DNA of 61,167 nt, filler included, from Squatina squatina (GCA_031763465.1; 4 parts of 4 records of this genome joined end to end with filler, not necessarily neighbours in it), one strand, 5' to 3'; counted from the whole stretch's first letter, positions 21,937-35,790 are shown. Notes: generated by a model not told the origin, from the sequence alone. Translations and numbers: made by a program.

Positions 21937-24900
21937 ACTGCAGGTAAGTAGCTTAATCACATTCATAATTTTGACTGCACCAATAACCTGAAACCAGATT
22001 CATCACAAATCACATTTTGCATGTGCACTAACCGAGATTTACTTATTCTGTGCACAGAGGTCTTACGCGGGCTGAGCTACAGTAAATGAAAAACAATGGG
22101 AAAAAAGGTACTTTAGGATGAAATTCTTTGAAGCGGCAAATCCTCTATAGATAAGATCAGTAATGATGTATTCATTATGCAAGCAAATAGAACAGGATAN
22201 NNNNNNNNNGTATGACGATGGAATTGTCCAATTGATCTGTGGAGCATGGTACATTACAGGAATGCCATTTCTGCAGTAACTGTACCATCTTCCCAAATGG
22301 AGCTCAATAAAGCAGTAGGACATTTTTTCTTACTTCACACAACACAAGTACAATTGTCCAAGGAGAGCCCGGCACAGCTAGGTGCAAAAACAATAAACAC
22401 ACTTCATTAATTCTATTAACATATGTTCCATAAACTCTGAGGTTGGTTAGAGGCTAAACTGAAAAAAAGTTGTGAGATATCTATTATTACGACTNNNNNN
22501 NNNNNNNNNNNNNNNNNNNNNNNNNNNNNNNNNNNNNNNNNNNNNNNNNNNNNNNNNNNNNNNNNNNNNNNNNNNNNNNNNNNNNNNNNNNNNNCCAGAA
22601 GCAGGCCCCGCCCAAAAAGCTGGCCACGTCCCGGGCCGGAAAGGCGAGTTTCCACCGATTGCACTTGTTTGGGGGGTTCATCACATTGCGCCCAGATTCT
22701 CGGGCGCACAGGTGCCTGTGGTCACATGGGTCCAGCATTAACTCGCAACCAGTCAGCAATTGAAACCACTGAGCCAAGTCTGATTCTCCTGCTGCAGCAA
22801 TTAGCTTAGTTCAGTTAAAATTAGTTTATGGTCAGTGTCAGTTGTGTAAGTTTCAAACCTTTTCAGGACAGAGAGAAAGGGGACTCTCCAGTCTCACCCT
22901 GAAGGGGAAGGTTTATTTCTTGCCTTTTGTACTACCCCACCCAGCACCTTGAGGCCTCATTGGCCCTGCTCCAGTCACAAGTCAATTACGATTGATTAAG
23001 CTGCTTGTTTGTGCTGATTCATGGGAGGTTTTACATTTGGGCTTATGGTAATGAGTTTGCATAGATGTTTCAGCTTAACTTCACCTCAGCAAAACCAGCT
23101 CAGTGTCCAGCGCATTCTGCCTGCATAGCACCCCTAGCAGAATCTCCAGGCTCCAGTGTTTATTGAATAACGAATAGGTTTTGTAGCTTTTACAGGACAT
23201 ATGCTTTACACAATATAATGTTCCCAACCTGATAAAATAGCACATCTTCTGACTTACCATGAACAGAAAATTTCATTCATGTGCAGTAATTATTTATGAA
23301 TAATGCTGTTGTTTCTATTATCTCTTTTCCCTTATTCTTTTCAACCTTGGTGATGTCCTTGGTGATGCACTATGGGCATTCGCCCTTCACCTCGAAAAAA
23401 AAATCTTAGCCTTCATTATAACAGCAGGGGATCAAAAGCCAGCTCCAATGAGCAGAAAAACATTGCAACAGAATTGCTAATAAAATTGGATTGTTCTACA
23501 GGAAACCTTGTATCAGCTGAAATCAAACACTATGAAATGTCACTTCCCAATTACTCACTGACTAGAAAGGACCTAGCTATGTAGTGTCGCTGCGTCATTC
23601 GTTTAATTAAATAGTTTAGTCATAGATAAGCTGTGGCACAAAACCTACAGCTGGGTATGCTGACCACAGCATTACATACTGCCTCTCTGAACAACCATTG
23701 GGCCATAAAAGCTGGCTCTATCAATCAAAAGAGCTGGGATCTTCTCTGCGCAATACGTAACTATACTTTTCAAGCATGTAATCTCCAAGGAAAAGATGTC
23801 AATTAGGATTGCAATAAAACAAACAGTAAATACTTCCATTAGTTCAGGAATCCTATACATCTAGCCTGATCAGGAACTGTGATTTGACAGGAGCTAAAAA
23901 AAAAGCCATAATATCTGCAAGAATGGAAAATCTAGGGTGAATGNNNNNNNNNNNNNNNNNNNNNNNNNNNNNNNNNNNNNNNNNNNNNNNNNNNNNNNNN
24001 NNNNNNNNNNNNNNNNNNNNNNNNNNNNNNNNNNNNNNNNNNNTTGTGCTCAAGTCTCTGGAGTGGTACTTGAACCCGCAACCTTCTGACAAGTTTCTCA
24101 GTGAATAAATATATCACCTAATGCGGTAGTTTCCATGGAGGTTAGGAGGCTCCCAGGTTTGATCTCTGTTCTGGGCAGTGATACTGATTTCAGCTGGTGA
24201 AGCAAGGGGGGCTGTTTCCACAGGGGTTGGCAATCTTACAGTCTCTGAACCAAGTCACTGAGTGTTGGCAGGCTATTCAACCTTCAAGGTCGCCACAGCT
24301 GAGGGCAAACTTTATCCAAAGTCAACACACACAGCTGGGGTCACTGGATAGTGAACAGGCGAGGGAGCCCTTGCTGACTTGTTTCTCCTTCCCTTGATGA
24401 AGGAATGCTGAGGCTAATACTATTGCCCTGATAGCTACCTGCCAGAGATCCGCTAGCTCACCACAAACCAAGGATTAAACCTCGGACTCTCATGGCTAGC
24501 ATGACTCCAGATCACACTGAAGTGTGCATTTTCCCACTTAGCCACAGAGAAAGCCTTGTAACCCATTTTAATGGATCAACAAGAGTATTTTGTGAACCAC
24601 ATGAAAGATGTCAACTTGTGTAATTTCAGTTATTATGGTGAACTGATACAGGAAGTCCATAGACAGTCAATGCCACAAGCAGGACTTGAAATGACAAAAC
24701 CAATCAATCTTGTTTAATGTCAGTCATCAAAGGTTGCATTACATCAGTGCAGTGCATACATTACACTCTTTCCTACTATAAATAAACTCCTTTGAGGCTG
24801 AGCGTTAATGAAAGAGATAGCAGGGGGTGTGGGGACCGTGAGAAGGTCATAATCAAAAGTTCGAAGACACTCAGTTATAATTTTAACGAGGCCAAAAAAG

Positions 24901-25159
24901 TGCAAAAACACAATTTCTAAAATTGCTCAGATGAGTCTGCCTGACCTTTCTCTCATCGGGAACTTGCTTTGATTTAATGCTACGTTTCGTACAACAGGAA
25001 TATGTGAGCTGAACAGTGCACAGAGTTTCACACTGACATGCTTTGTAGAAAAGATAATANNNNNNNNNNNNNNNNNNNNNNNNNNNNNNNNNNNNNNNNN
25101 NNNNNNNNNNNNNNNNNNNNNNNNNNNNNNNNNNNNNNNNNNNNNNNNNNNNNNNNNNN

Positions 25160-25765
25160 CTAGTTATCCATTCTGCTACTTGTCCCCCGATACCCGCACG
25201 CTCTGACCTTCTTGATTCGTCTATGATGTGGTACCTTATCGAAGGCCTTTTAAAAATCTAGATAAATTTCATCTACTACATTACCATTGTCTACTCTCTC
25301 TGTTACCTCTTCAAAGAATTCAATGAGGTCGGGTACGCAAGACTTTGTTGATTATTCATTATTATATTTTTGATTTCTATTTTCTCCTCTGGTAGGGATG
25401 CCATTATTTTTATTATCACTGACAGATCTATAGTTCCCTGGACATGTTCTATCTCTCTTCTTAAATATAGGTATTACATTAGCTATCCGCCAGTCCTCTG
25501 GCACTACATCTTGTTCTAATGAATTATTATATATGTGTAGTAATATCTCTGCTATCTCTTTCCTGGATTCTTTTAAAATTCATCAGGACCAGGCATTTTA
25601 TACTCTGAGTTTGATTAGTTTTTTTAAATATTTCTCCTTTTATTTAAATGCAGTTATCTCATTTCTAATCTCTTCATCCGATGTCATGTCCACCTGCTCT
25701 GTCTTCCTGGTAAATACTGAAGCAAAGTAATTGTTTAATATTTCTGCGATCTCTCCATCACTGCC
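25160..25765 (-). mobile_element. CR1 LINE RT fragment
   Basis: Antisense of the DF.KAFDKVPH (GGTACCTTATCGAAGGCC) and DWRIANV.P.FK motifs. Confidence 0.8.
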
Positions 25766-25784
25766 TGTAATATTAGACCACACA

Positions 25785-26265
25785 GAGTACTGAGAGTAGT
25801 TCTGGGCACCACACCTTAGGTAGGATATATTGGCCTTGGAGGGAGTGCAGTGTAGGTTTACTATAATGATACCCGGACTTCAAGGTTTAAATTAGGGGGA
25901 GCGATTACACAAATTAAGGTTGCATTCCCTAGAATTTAGAAGGTTAAGGGGTAATTTAATCGAAGTTTCAAGATATTAAGGAGAAGAGATAGGGTAGATC
26001 GAGAGAAACTAATTCTGCGGGTTGNNNNNNNNNNAAACACTTCCATGCAACAAGGGGCAGTAGAAATTTGAAAAGCTCTTCCGCAAATGGCAATTAATGC
26101 TAGATTAATTGTTAATTTGATAGGTTTCTGTTAACCAAAAATATTAAGGGATATGGTGCAAAGGCAGGTATATGGACTTAGGTCGCAGATCAGCCATGAT
26201 CTAACTGAATGGCGAAACAGGGTTGAGGGGCCAAATGGCCTACTCTTGTTCCTATGTTCCTATGA
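25785..26265 (+). mobile_element. CR1 LINE 3' end with tail
   Basis: FWAPHL..DILALEGVQ.RFT.MIPGL motif, ending GGCCTACTCTTGTTCCTATGTTCCTATG. Confidence 0.85.
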
Positions 26266-26339
26266 ATGTTTATAGCTATTTCCTACAAATTTTTCCTATG
26301 AATAGGCCATAAAAAGACAAAGAAAATCCTTTTTTTATA

Positions 26340-26880
26340 TCGAATAAAAAAGCCAGAAGTAATTGAATTTGTATAATCTTTAGGTTAGGTTGGGAGTACT
26401 GTGTATGGTTTTGGGCATTCCATTACAGGAAGGATATAAAATCAATGCAAAAGGCGCAACATAGATTTACTCGGATGCTACCAGGAAATAACTGTTTTGG
26501 CTATGAAGACAGACTTAGGAAGTTAGGATTTTTTCCACTAGAGTTGATATGACTAAGGGGTGCTCTGATATCAATATACGAAGGTGAATAGGGAACGATT
26601 TTTCCAACTGATCAGCGAGACAGCAATGAGGGCATAAACTTAAGATGATCGCTAAAAGAATTAGAGGAGAGGTTTGAAACACTTCTTTAACCAGAGGGTA
26701 GTTAGAATGTGAAATCATTTGCTATGAAAAGAATTAGGCCGTTGCTTGATCAAAGGGACTATTAAAGAGAATGGGGAGTGAGCAGGAGCATGAGATTAGA
26801 TGACTCATGTGGAGAAAAACACCGGCACAGACTTGTTGGCCTAAACGGCCTATCTTGTGCTGCAGCGTTCTAAAATTCTA
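26340..26880 (+). mobile_element. Older CR1 LINE 3' fragment
   Basis: EYCVWFWAFHYRKDIK..QKAQHRFTRMLPG-like motif and a CR1 3' UTR. Confidence 0.7.
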
Positions 26881-27049
26881 GGATATCAGTGCTCCCATGA
26901 ACACTCCCAAGCTTAAAATCTGCACAGGGAGTGGGATCTCCATGTGTAAAACTTCTGAGAGGAGAAAATTCTGTGAACTTTTTGCACTAACATCCCCTCA
27001 ACAAACAGGAGTAGTAAAGCAAAACTTTTCAACAGTTTCCTAAATTTTC

Positions 27050-28080
27050 AACTTAGAGAACAGAACTCTGTCCAGTTGGATGCCACAGGTGGCAATGTCT
27101 TGATCCCAAAACAATTGGAACTATAATATCATCTCTCCCTAACTTTAAATGCTTACAACCTCCAATCCAATTCTTATCAAGATACTCACCAGTATCAAAG
27201 AAGTTAATCCTCATCACTTTAACTAATTTTGATGGGAACAATTCTACTTATTTAATACTTTAAGGGGAAATTTCTTCTAATCTGTAGACTTACTTAAGGA
27301 TTGTTAACTTTGTACTCATGTCATCTAGTTCTGCAATCATAACTGCAGTGAAATAATCTGCTAATAGCTACATCATCTGTCCCTTTCAGCATGTTATAGA
27401 GCTTGCCACAATCCTTTAGATCAATTCAGACAAATTCAGCCTCTCCTCATAACTTATGTCCTAGAATTATCTTTGGCATTTTCTTTTAAATTCTTCTATC
27501 GATCAATTTTTTTTGATAGGATTATGTCTCAAATTAAGTGGCCTTTCAATGAGTTGCAGAAGATTAAAAAAGCCTGTTTTGGCTTATAACTGAATGCTCT
27601 TATATTGCAACGAGCTATTGATTAGATGGTAGCTGATAGCCTCACATTGACTGGATAATTTTAGTTTCTGATAATCATAACTTTTCCCTCCTTGATTGCC
27701 AATGAACACAATTTAATGTGCGTTTTATATTTATCTATATTAAAATCCATTTGCAAGTTAGCCCAGATGCTTATAATGTTACCAATCTCCTTTTATTAAT
27801 CCCTAGTTGCAAAGTTTGTTGTCCCAATTAATAAAGTATGAATAATAGAAGATCAGCAACAAACTTCTGTGGAACCCATTAGTCATTGCCCCACTCCTTG
27901 AGTATTGTGCATTTATGATACTGTACTTTCTATTGCCAACATCAATTTTTAATCCAGTTAACTAAATTGCCATTAATTCCATCATGCTTTATAGTGTCTG
28001 ACAGTCTCATGTCTTCTGCAAACACAAAGAAGTTAAATAAACTGGATATCTATCTTTGAAATCTTCAAAGAATAATCAGA
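27050..28080 (-). mobile_element. Highly decayed CR1-like LINE
   Basis: Antisense remnants of RT motifs, including GVPQ (CTGTGGAACCC) and the LINWDNKL region. Confidence 0.5.
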
Positions 28081-28183
28081 GTTGCAGTATTGCCAACTCA
28101 CGCAAATGAACTGCGAGACATATGATTTTTAATGAAAATAGATCCCAACTCGCGATCTCACAATTTGAACTGTGAAAACACAA

Positions 28184-29285
28184 GGGGGTCCCAATTGGAT
28201 AGCGCCATGTTGCCAGTGTTAGGTACAGAAAATAAAATCAGATAGCGCCAGGTTCAGGTTCCTGCAAAGTGATGAGGCATTGGACTCATTAAAGTAAAAT
28301 TCAGAAGTGGCATTAATGGGGCTTAATGGGGACGCCATTCAGTTCTTAGAGGGAAAAGCATTCTCAATGTGACCAATTCCAGGAGCTATGTATTTGGTGC
28401 TAATCATTTACCAGACCACTCCAGCCCTTAAAGGCAATGTGCAGCCTCACTTTCTGCTGTGTGTGGTGTGTGGAAGCTGGATGAAGGCTGCTGCAGCTCG
28501 AGCACAGAGGGCCAGGCGGTTTACACAGCGAGACCTGGAGACGCTGGTGGCATCAGTGGAAGCTCGGGCGGTCACGGCTGTTCATGCCAAAGGGGCTAAG
28601 AATGGCACCCCAGATGGCGAGGGATCTGTGGGTGGAGATCTCCCGGGAGGTGTCAGCAATCGATGGTCAGAACAGGACTCCGCCTCAATGCCGCANNNNN
28701 NNNNNNNNNNNNNNNNNNNNNNNNNNNNNNNNNNNNNNNNNNNNNNNNNNNNNNNNNNNNNNNNNNNNNNNNNNNNNNNNNNNNNNNNNNNNNNNGGAAA
28801 GGCTCCCCACTGCGAGCTCTGCATTTGTTTGCTCAGCTGCTGGAGCACCGGCGTGAGGGAGTGCCGCGTGATCAGCCCGGCACTGAAACTGAGTGCCGGG
28901 CTGACCGGTCACGGCACTCAGCCCGCGGCTGATGCTGTGGAAAACGACATTAAAATAATTAGTCTTTTTTTTTCTCGGCCGGCCGCTCACTGCATTTTTA
29001 AATGGTGCCCGGAAACCGGCTGGCATCTGTGCTCCCGAACCCTGCAGCAGTCGCTGCCAGTGACCAACACTGCTGTTGGGGTTGCTAGGGAAATTCATTG
29101 TCTGGTCGCTGAGGGGCTGCTGTGCACGGTGATGATATCATCACCCTGAGCCACTGAGACTGGCGCTGTCGGAAGGAGTGCGGCGCTGCTTGTCAGCACA
29201 GTCGTTATCCGCCGGCCAAACCCCACGGCAACCAGCTGGAGTGGAGGCGCGCCCTGGGAGAATCCGAAAGGGGAATTTCGCCCCC
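28184..29285 (+). mobile_element. PIF/Harbinger-type element with frameshifted Myb/SANT-like ORF (ATG 28481)
   Basis: MKAAAARAQRARRFTQRDLETLVASVEAR/(+1)RSRLFMPKGLRMAPQMARDLWVEISREVSAIDGQNRTPPQCR matches a Myb/SANT-like domain. Termini are GGGGGTCCCAATT and AATTTCGCCCCC. An internal 100-N gap means the halves may come from different copies. Confidence 0.78.
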
Positions 29286-30015
29286 TTCTTGTCTGGGTTG
29301 AATACAAATAATATTAATTGGCTATTTAGTTCAGATCAAATCCAAACTATGAGACATTGGGTAAATGCATTTAATGTTGTTAATGTGCAACTCTTCTGAG
29401 CAAATGAAGCAGGATAATTGTCTGTTAAAGAGAAATCCACTGTTCAAAAGTGGTTGGATGGTGCAGTGTCAATGAAGTAGAAACCCATTAGCTTTGCTCA
29501 TCTGCACAGTGCGATTTCCTCTGATAATTGTTGTACTGAAAGATATTTAGGAAAGTTTAAATTACTGACCAAGTTTCCTTCTTAAGCATGAAGACTAAAC
29601 TAAAAGGAGTCAACAACATTTTGATTGAAGATACATCTAGTTTGGAATACCTGGAGCATGTTCTCTCAGTTCTCCATATTGAGCCTCCAGTCTTGCTGCA
29701 ACCAAGTTCCACTGAAACCTCAAAGATAGGGATCTCTTCATCCTCATCAGCACTCTTCAGCTTTGTGAAGTGTGACTTCAAAGAATTTCAGATCTTGGAG
29801 GTTTCCCTGATTTTCCTGCTGTATTCTCACATTCGCATTACATTGCCTCCCCTTCCAGTTTGAAGCCTTTCATTAATTCACTTTTTTTTCCCGAATCATT
29901 TTCACCTGGTTGAGANNNNNNNNNNNNNNNNNNNNNNNNNNNNNNNNNNNNNNNNNNNNNNNNNNNNNNNNNNNNNNNNNNNNNNNNNNNNNNNNNNNNN
30001 NNNNNNNNNNNNNNN

Positions 30016-30312
30016 ACACCAGGGACCAGGTAACTGGTCGCCTGCCATGATGGCCCTTCCGGTTAAGGGAGGGAAGAAGCCTGGCAATGCGGCAGTGCTG
30101 CACGGCCCATTTTGCAGCGCTGCACACCTACCGCCCCGCCTGTGACCTTTAGCACTCCAGGAAGGAAGTGGAGTGCTTGATTTAGTGCTCCACTTGATCC
30201 TGGAGTGCAAACCCCGAATTTTTTAAATGTTGAAAATCGTTCGCGTCTGCCACTAATTTTTTCAACTTTTAAAAGTTGGCGCCCCAGACGGGCTGCTCCC
30301 GAACTTCTCCCC
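30016..30312. mobile_element. GC-rich Harbinger-like element right end
   Basis: CpG-rich block ending CCCGAACTTCTCCCC (reverse complement GGGGAGAAGTTCGGG). Confidence 0.5.
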
Positions 30313-32481
30313 CAGTCCACTATCTTTGTTCATCCGTTTAATTCACAAGGGAAATAAAATCTCAAAACAAAGCTAAACATAAAGCTTGCAATTAAAAGTG
30401 GGCAAGTCACCAATAATTAGCTTGAAAGTGGTAAGTACTACATATTTATGCTGGATTAATGGTTCCAGCACTTAATCAACTCAAGTTGTCGGTTTCTCAA
30501 TTAACAGCCAATGGAAAAACGCAAGTGATCTCTTTGGGTTGACCCTTTTTATTCACTTTTCAGCTGCAGTACAGTGTACTTTTGTCATATCAAATTTGCA
30601 GTTTGCATTTAATTAAATTTATTTTAGAGAACTGCTGATAGTGAAGGAATTCAAAGCATCATTTGAAGAAAAGACAGCCCTGCTTCCAAACCTGCGCTTC
30701 GATGATAAACTGCTGGAAATGCAGAGTCATTTATTTTCTGACAGATGAATGGGACAAAATGAAAGTTTTTTTTGAACAGCACTGGAGGGCATTTAGAAAC
30801 CAAACATGCAATGATTCAATAAACTTCAGTTCAGAGAAAGGCTGCAAAGTTAAGGACGAAATTAAAAGACAGAACTTTGCATGAGATTAAAGAAGGCTAG
30901 TATGCTAATTTAAAGTATGGTTGTAACTCTCAAATGTGAAGCAAGTCATTAAAATGTGAAGGGTGGAACTTTAGCCCCACACATGCTGGTCAGAGGGTTT
31001 ACCTTGGAGTTGGTTTGCATGCGTGCGGNNNNNNNNNNNNNNNNNNNNNNNNNNNNNNNNNNNNNNNNNNNNNNNNNNNNNNNNNNNNNNNNNNNNNNNN
31101 NNNNNNNNNNNNNNNNNNNNNNNNNNNNGGAAATGAACTAACACAACACAGACTGGGTATTCACCCTCAGAAGTTTCCTGTATGTTTACGAGCTTTTGGG
31201 AAGCAGCTGCTTTTCTACTTTGTGCATTTCCTTTCTTGGTTTAAGCACTGATCATAGGCTTTCCTGCCTTTCCCTCGACTGCATACCAACCTGGCTGTCA
31301 GAAAGCTTGGTGAAACTGGGATGAGACACTGTAACAAAACCTCCCTCAGTCATGAAGTTTTCACATTATTCTGTGATACAAAAAATGTTTAGAAAATTAA
31401 TGGCCACAGGGTTTAAACATGGATGACATTCAGAGGATTACAAGAGCTATTTCATGTTCAGACAAGGGTGCATTGACAGGGGAATTAATAATCGTTTTTG
31501 AGCTCGATAACTGTCTGTTCTTCGTACCGATTATAACTTATTAAAACTTTAAATTGTTTTGGAGTAATCTGGTTGTCATAATTATGTGATTTTTCTACTT
31601 TTTAATCTCCTTGGTCTAAGCACTCTATCAAAATGACTTCTGTAGTCCATGAATATTTTGCACAACAGATAAGGCCGCCATAAATCTTAAAACCTTTTTT
31701 AAATTGCAAAACTTGGGCGAGCACTGCAAGCGTCTCTGAGCTTAAGAGTCATTTTTCATTTATCTCAAGCTCCTTATAATCCTTCAAACAAAGGGATTCT
31801 TTTATTTCAGTAAGTTGAGTGGAAATATAACTTCCCGTTGCCTATCTCCTGTAGCTTGCCCTCAGTAGACTTTAGAGTTCATATATATTGCATACCAAGT
31901 ACATTTTCTGGCTAAATAATGAAATTTTGTTCTGGCTTTGACGTTAAAAAAGATTCTTTTTGAATTCACAACAGGGAATCTGCAATTCTGACAGCACTCA
32001 TATGTTTGAAGCTAGTTTACTGGTTTGCAGTATTTACAGATTTTAGTATGAGCGCAATACATTTCAACTGAGCGTGGAATGAATTTAATAAGATTTCAAA
32101 AGTTTAACACCTTCACATCAAACTACATTAGAGATTTATCATCCAATTTATACGACGTCATATATTTCAGAAAATATTTAATCACTTTACCTTCTGGGGT
32201 GAACTGTGCAATCATGTGCTTGACATTGTGTTACAAAAATAGCCTAGCTGCCAGGGCCTGGAAGGTCCCGAATGAGCTGTGGAGGCGGTAAGGATGCTGC
32301 AGTTGACTTCAGCATTCCTGGGCTTAGAGTGGGGAAAAATCAGCTCCTGATCGCTGAGTTAGTGACCCCTGCTGAAAAATGCTTGTGTGTGGACATTGGG
32401 TAAGGACTGGCTTGGGCTTGGCTGTCATGCTGCCTACAGTAAAATAGGCTAACACTCACGATCTAGACTCATATATGAATA

Positions 32482-32581
32482 NNNNNNNNNNNNNNNNNNN
32501 NNNNNNNNNNNNNNNNNNNNNNNNNTTAATTAATTAANNNNNNNNNNNNNNNNNNNNNNNNNNNNNNNNNNNNNNNNNNNN
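32482..32581. other. Artificial concatenation linker
   Basis: 44N + TTAATTAATTAA + 44N. Confidence 0.95.
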
Positions 32582-32850
32582 GGGGTGGGGGCAGTCGCCA
32601 TTGACCAAAAACTGAACTGGACTAGCTACATCAACACCATGACTACAAGAGTAGAGCTGAGGCTGGGTGCTTTCCGAAGCTCATTGGTGCAATGGAATAT
32701 TCGCCATTCGCCTAGATCGATGCCACTCCTTCTCTGTTGCAGGATCAATATCCTTGAATTCCTTACGTAACACCATTCTGGTAGAGCCGTCACCACAAAA
32801 ACCCACCACCACATTCTCGGGGAACCTAGGGGATGGGCAAGAAATGCATC
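32582..32850 (+). mobile_element. Non-LTR retrotransposon 3' fragment
   Basis: VAIDQKLNWTSYINTMTTRVELRLG matches the post-RT motif LGV.ID..L.W..HI; a related 3' end lies antisense near 60010-60140. Confidence 0.7.
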
Positions 32851-33254
32851 CTTCCCAATGTGTCTCGTGTCCCTAGAACGAGATAGAAAAAAATACAAGC
32901 ACAACCAATCATGCAGTCTATCCGTGTTAGATTTTCTCTCAAACCTGTTAGCAGGGAGATTAGAACAACAAATTGTGCAACATCGCATTAGTATAAACTT
33001 CAGCTGACTGGTAAACTCTTTGCAGNNNNNNNNNNAGAATGACTGAAATGGACCAAACTACATATCTTTTGACTCGCCCACATACTACCCCTCACTCCTT
33101 TTAACCTCGCCTTGTTTTTCTCTCTTCTATCCCGCTGTCACCCTTTCAAACCAGCAGTCGCAAGATCCGATTCCATGAGTATCCCAGGAGCTGATGCATA
33201 CTGTTGTCCGTGATTAAGATAGTTATGCAATGTCTCGGTTTGTTGTGCTCTCAG

Positions 33255-33343
33255 GCATTTACTGGTGCCGGCAACCGGCTAGACGGGAAGAAGAAAGGAG
33301 TCGATCCCAGTCCAGCGCAAATCAACCCGGAAGATATTAAAAG
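33255..33343 (+). CDS. UFD1: Ubiquitin recognition factor in ER-associated degradation 1, internal exon (SHP box)
   Basis: ctctcag|AFTGAGNRLDGKKKGVDPSPAQINPEDIKR|gttag; 89 nt; matches human AFSGSGNRLDGKKKGVEPSPSPIKPGDIKR. Confidence 0.95.
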
Positions 33344-35256
33344 GTTAGTGTCAGACTGTGTATCAAGTGTCAAAGAAAGTACTGTCTGTGGTCATTTATG
33401 ACCACCTTCAACTAACTAATTGATAAAGTACCGGATATCAGTGCCTTGGCAATGTTGGGTGTTCTTGATGAATGCTCCAATTTTGAGTCCTCATTGTCCT
33501 AAAAGAGCCCATTAACCAGAGTCTTTTACCGTGCGTGCGTGTGTGGTCACAGATGGAGATGTTCTATTCATTAGTACAACCTCTACCACACCCACTGATT
33601 TAAAAAGTGTAACGGGTCTGGTCCCACAAACCGACTAGACTGTTTTCAGCACGTGGCTTGGACAAATCTTTCTACGAAAGTGAGGCTGCAAAGGTTTTTG
33701 TCAGTTGACTTTATGTAGACATTCAAAAGCACATTTGGAATGATGTGTGCAATTTTGGCCACCTAGGTTGAAAATAAACATTGCAGAGAGACAGAAAAGA
33801 ATGCCAGGAATGATTTGGTGATTTAGTGCTTTAAGTTCATTGGAGACAGAAGAAATGATTTGATGAAAGGCACCAATCATGTTATTTAATCAGATTATTT
33901 AATTTGATTGTGATAGAATTAGAGGACAAGAACATAATTAGCAAGTTTTAAGTAAAATTAGAGAATAGAAAATATTTTTTCCAATTGTTGGGACTGTGGA
34001 ATAAACTCCTTGCAAAAACAATTTATGCTATATCAGTTAATTCCTTAACAATAGACAAATAACTGTTTAAGGACAGGATGAAAAGCTGTAAGAAAGACAC
34101 AAATTATTAAATGTTCTATGGAACAATGTTTCCCTGTACTGCTGGGACTATGGATTAGTCACCTGTGGAATGCAACTGATCAGAGTTGTAAATATATTTG
34201 TAAAGTTAAATTAATATCCTGGAGTTTTGCTCAATTACCCTTGGGATCTGGGGTCAACTTGACAGATCTTTGCCAGCTTAAAGGGCCATTTGTGGCTGGT
34301 TACCTCACACAGGAGATTGAGCAGGTTAGATTGAGCTACTTTTGGGTAAATCAGATGCAGTCTCTAAGGGAACGGGATAGATGGACCAATGGGGTTTCCT
34401 TGTTCCAAACCTTTTGTTTTTATGAAAATGAAACTACAATAGGGGTAATAATTGAGTTGAAACAAATTAATCAGTGNNNNNNNNNNNNNNNNNNNNNNNN
34501 NNNNNNNNNNNNNNNNNNNNNNNNNNNNNNNNNNNNNNNNNNNNNNNNNNNNNNNNNNNNNNNNNNNNNNNNNNNNTTGCTCTCACTGTTGTGCGTTATG
34601 TTGATCCAGAGTCCAGGACAATCGCCCTTTCTCAGGGGATAAACAGTCTCCTGTGATGCTCCTTTCTTCTTAGTAAATTTAATTCTAAACAGCTTCTAAC
34701 TGACATCTTTGTATCAATCATGTATCCGTAGTAACAGGAAAACATTCTGTGATGCAACAATCTGTGTTCGAAAAGTGTTCTAAACAGTAACTTGTCATTG
34801 AGACATTTAAGTCTCAAAAAGTTTACACGATCCAATGCTGATAACGCCAGTGCATCATAGACCAAAAAGTATCTGCTTATTTGTAAATGATGTCCTGATT
34901 GCAACGGACCATTCAGTCTGTCATGGCCTTTTAATGATAGCATCTGTTTCTCTTGTGATCGGATAGTTTTGACTGCAAACATTACCAAATTTGGCAGGCT
35001 AACAACGTTGTTGCTGCTGAGCGCTGTGAATGAGCACACCGCGGGGCATGGACACAACACATGATGCTACCGGCGATGTAGTGGATAATCCGAAAGACTG
35101 GATTGATGTGCTAGGTATGTGTAATAAATGGTGCTGTTACTAGTAAAGTAACAGGNNNNNNNNNNNNNNNNNNNNNNNNNNNNNNNNNNNNNNNNNNNNN
35201 NNNNNNNNNNNNNNNNNNNNNNNNNNNNNNNNNNNNNNNNNNNNNNNNNNNNNNNC

Positions 35257-35790
35257 CTTCAATAAACTCCAACTTGTCCAAAGATTTGCTGCACATCCTG
35301 TCCTGCAAAACATCTCATGGCTATTATCACCGTCCTCGCTGACCTACACTGGTTCTTCATTCCCCATTACGTCAAATTCAAAAATCTTTGTCCTCATCTA
35401 TAAATACCTCCATGCTATTGCCCCATCCGACCTCTGCAGTCTCCTCCATCCCTATAAACCCATCCAAAACCTCTGTTCCTCTTTCCCGTGTATATCCCCA
35501 GCTCCTTTCTTCAACCCACGACTGGTGGCAGAGCCTTCAGCCACTTTGATGTTACTCCTTTGAACTCCCTCCCTAAACTTCTCCGCCACTGTACCTCTTT
35601 CTCAACCTTCGAAAACCTATTCCGAACCCATTTATTCAACTTAGCTTTTGCTCACCATTCTTATTCTCTTTCTACCTGTCTTGGTGCTAGTTTTCATTAT
35701 GCCTACTTGTGAAGTGCCTTGACATTTTTATTATGTTAAAGGTGCTTCATAATTGTGAGTTATTGTTGCTATTGCTCCACAGTCCACTGA
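35257..35790 (+). mobile_element. L2-clade LINE 3' end
   Basis: VLADLHWF.IP..VKFK....IYK...TTGGRAFSHF..PLNSLPKLLR...FENLFRTHLF. Confidence 0.8.

Noticed and set aside
29400-29915. Purine-rich, coding-looking stretch on the minus strand
   Set aside because: Stops in all frames over the span and no family I can recognise; could be a decayed gene or transposon and needs a tBLASTx search.
34577-34656. ALTVVRYVDPESRTIALSQGINSLL* as a possible FKBP8-like terminal exon
   Set aside because: Only faint similarity to the FKBP8 VALSVV tail; the acceptor and TM segment would be in the gap.
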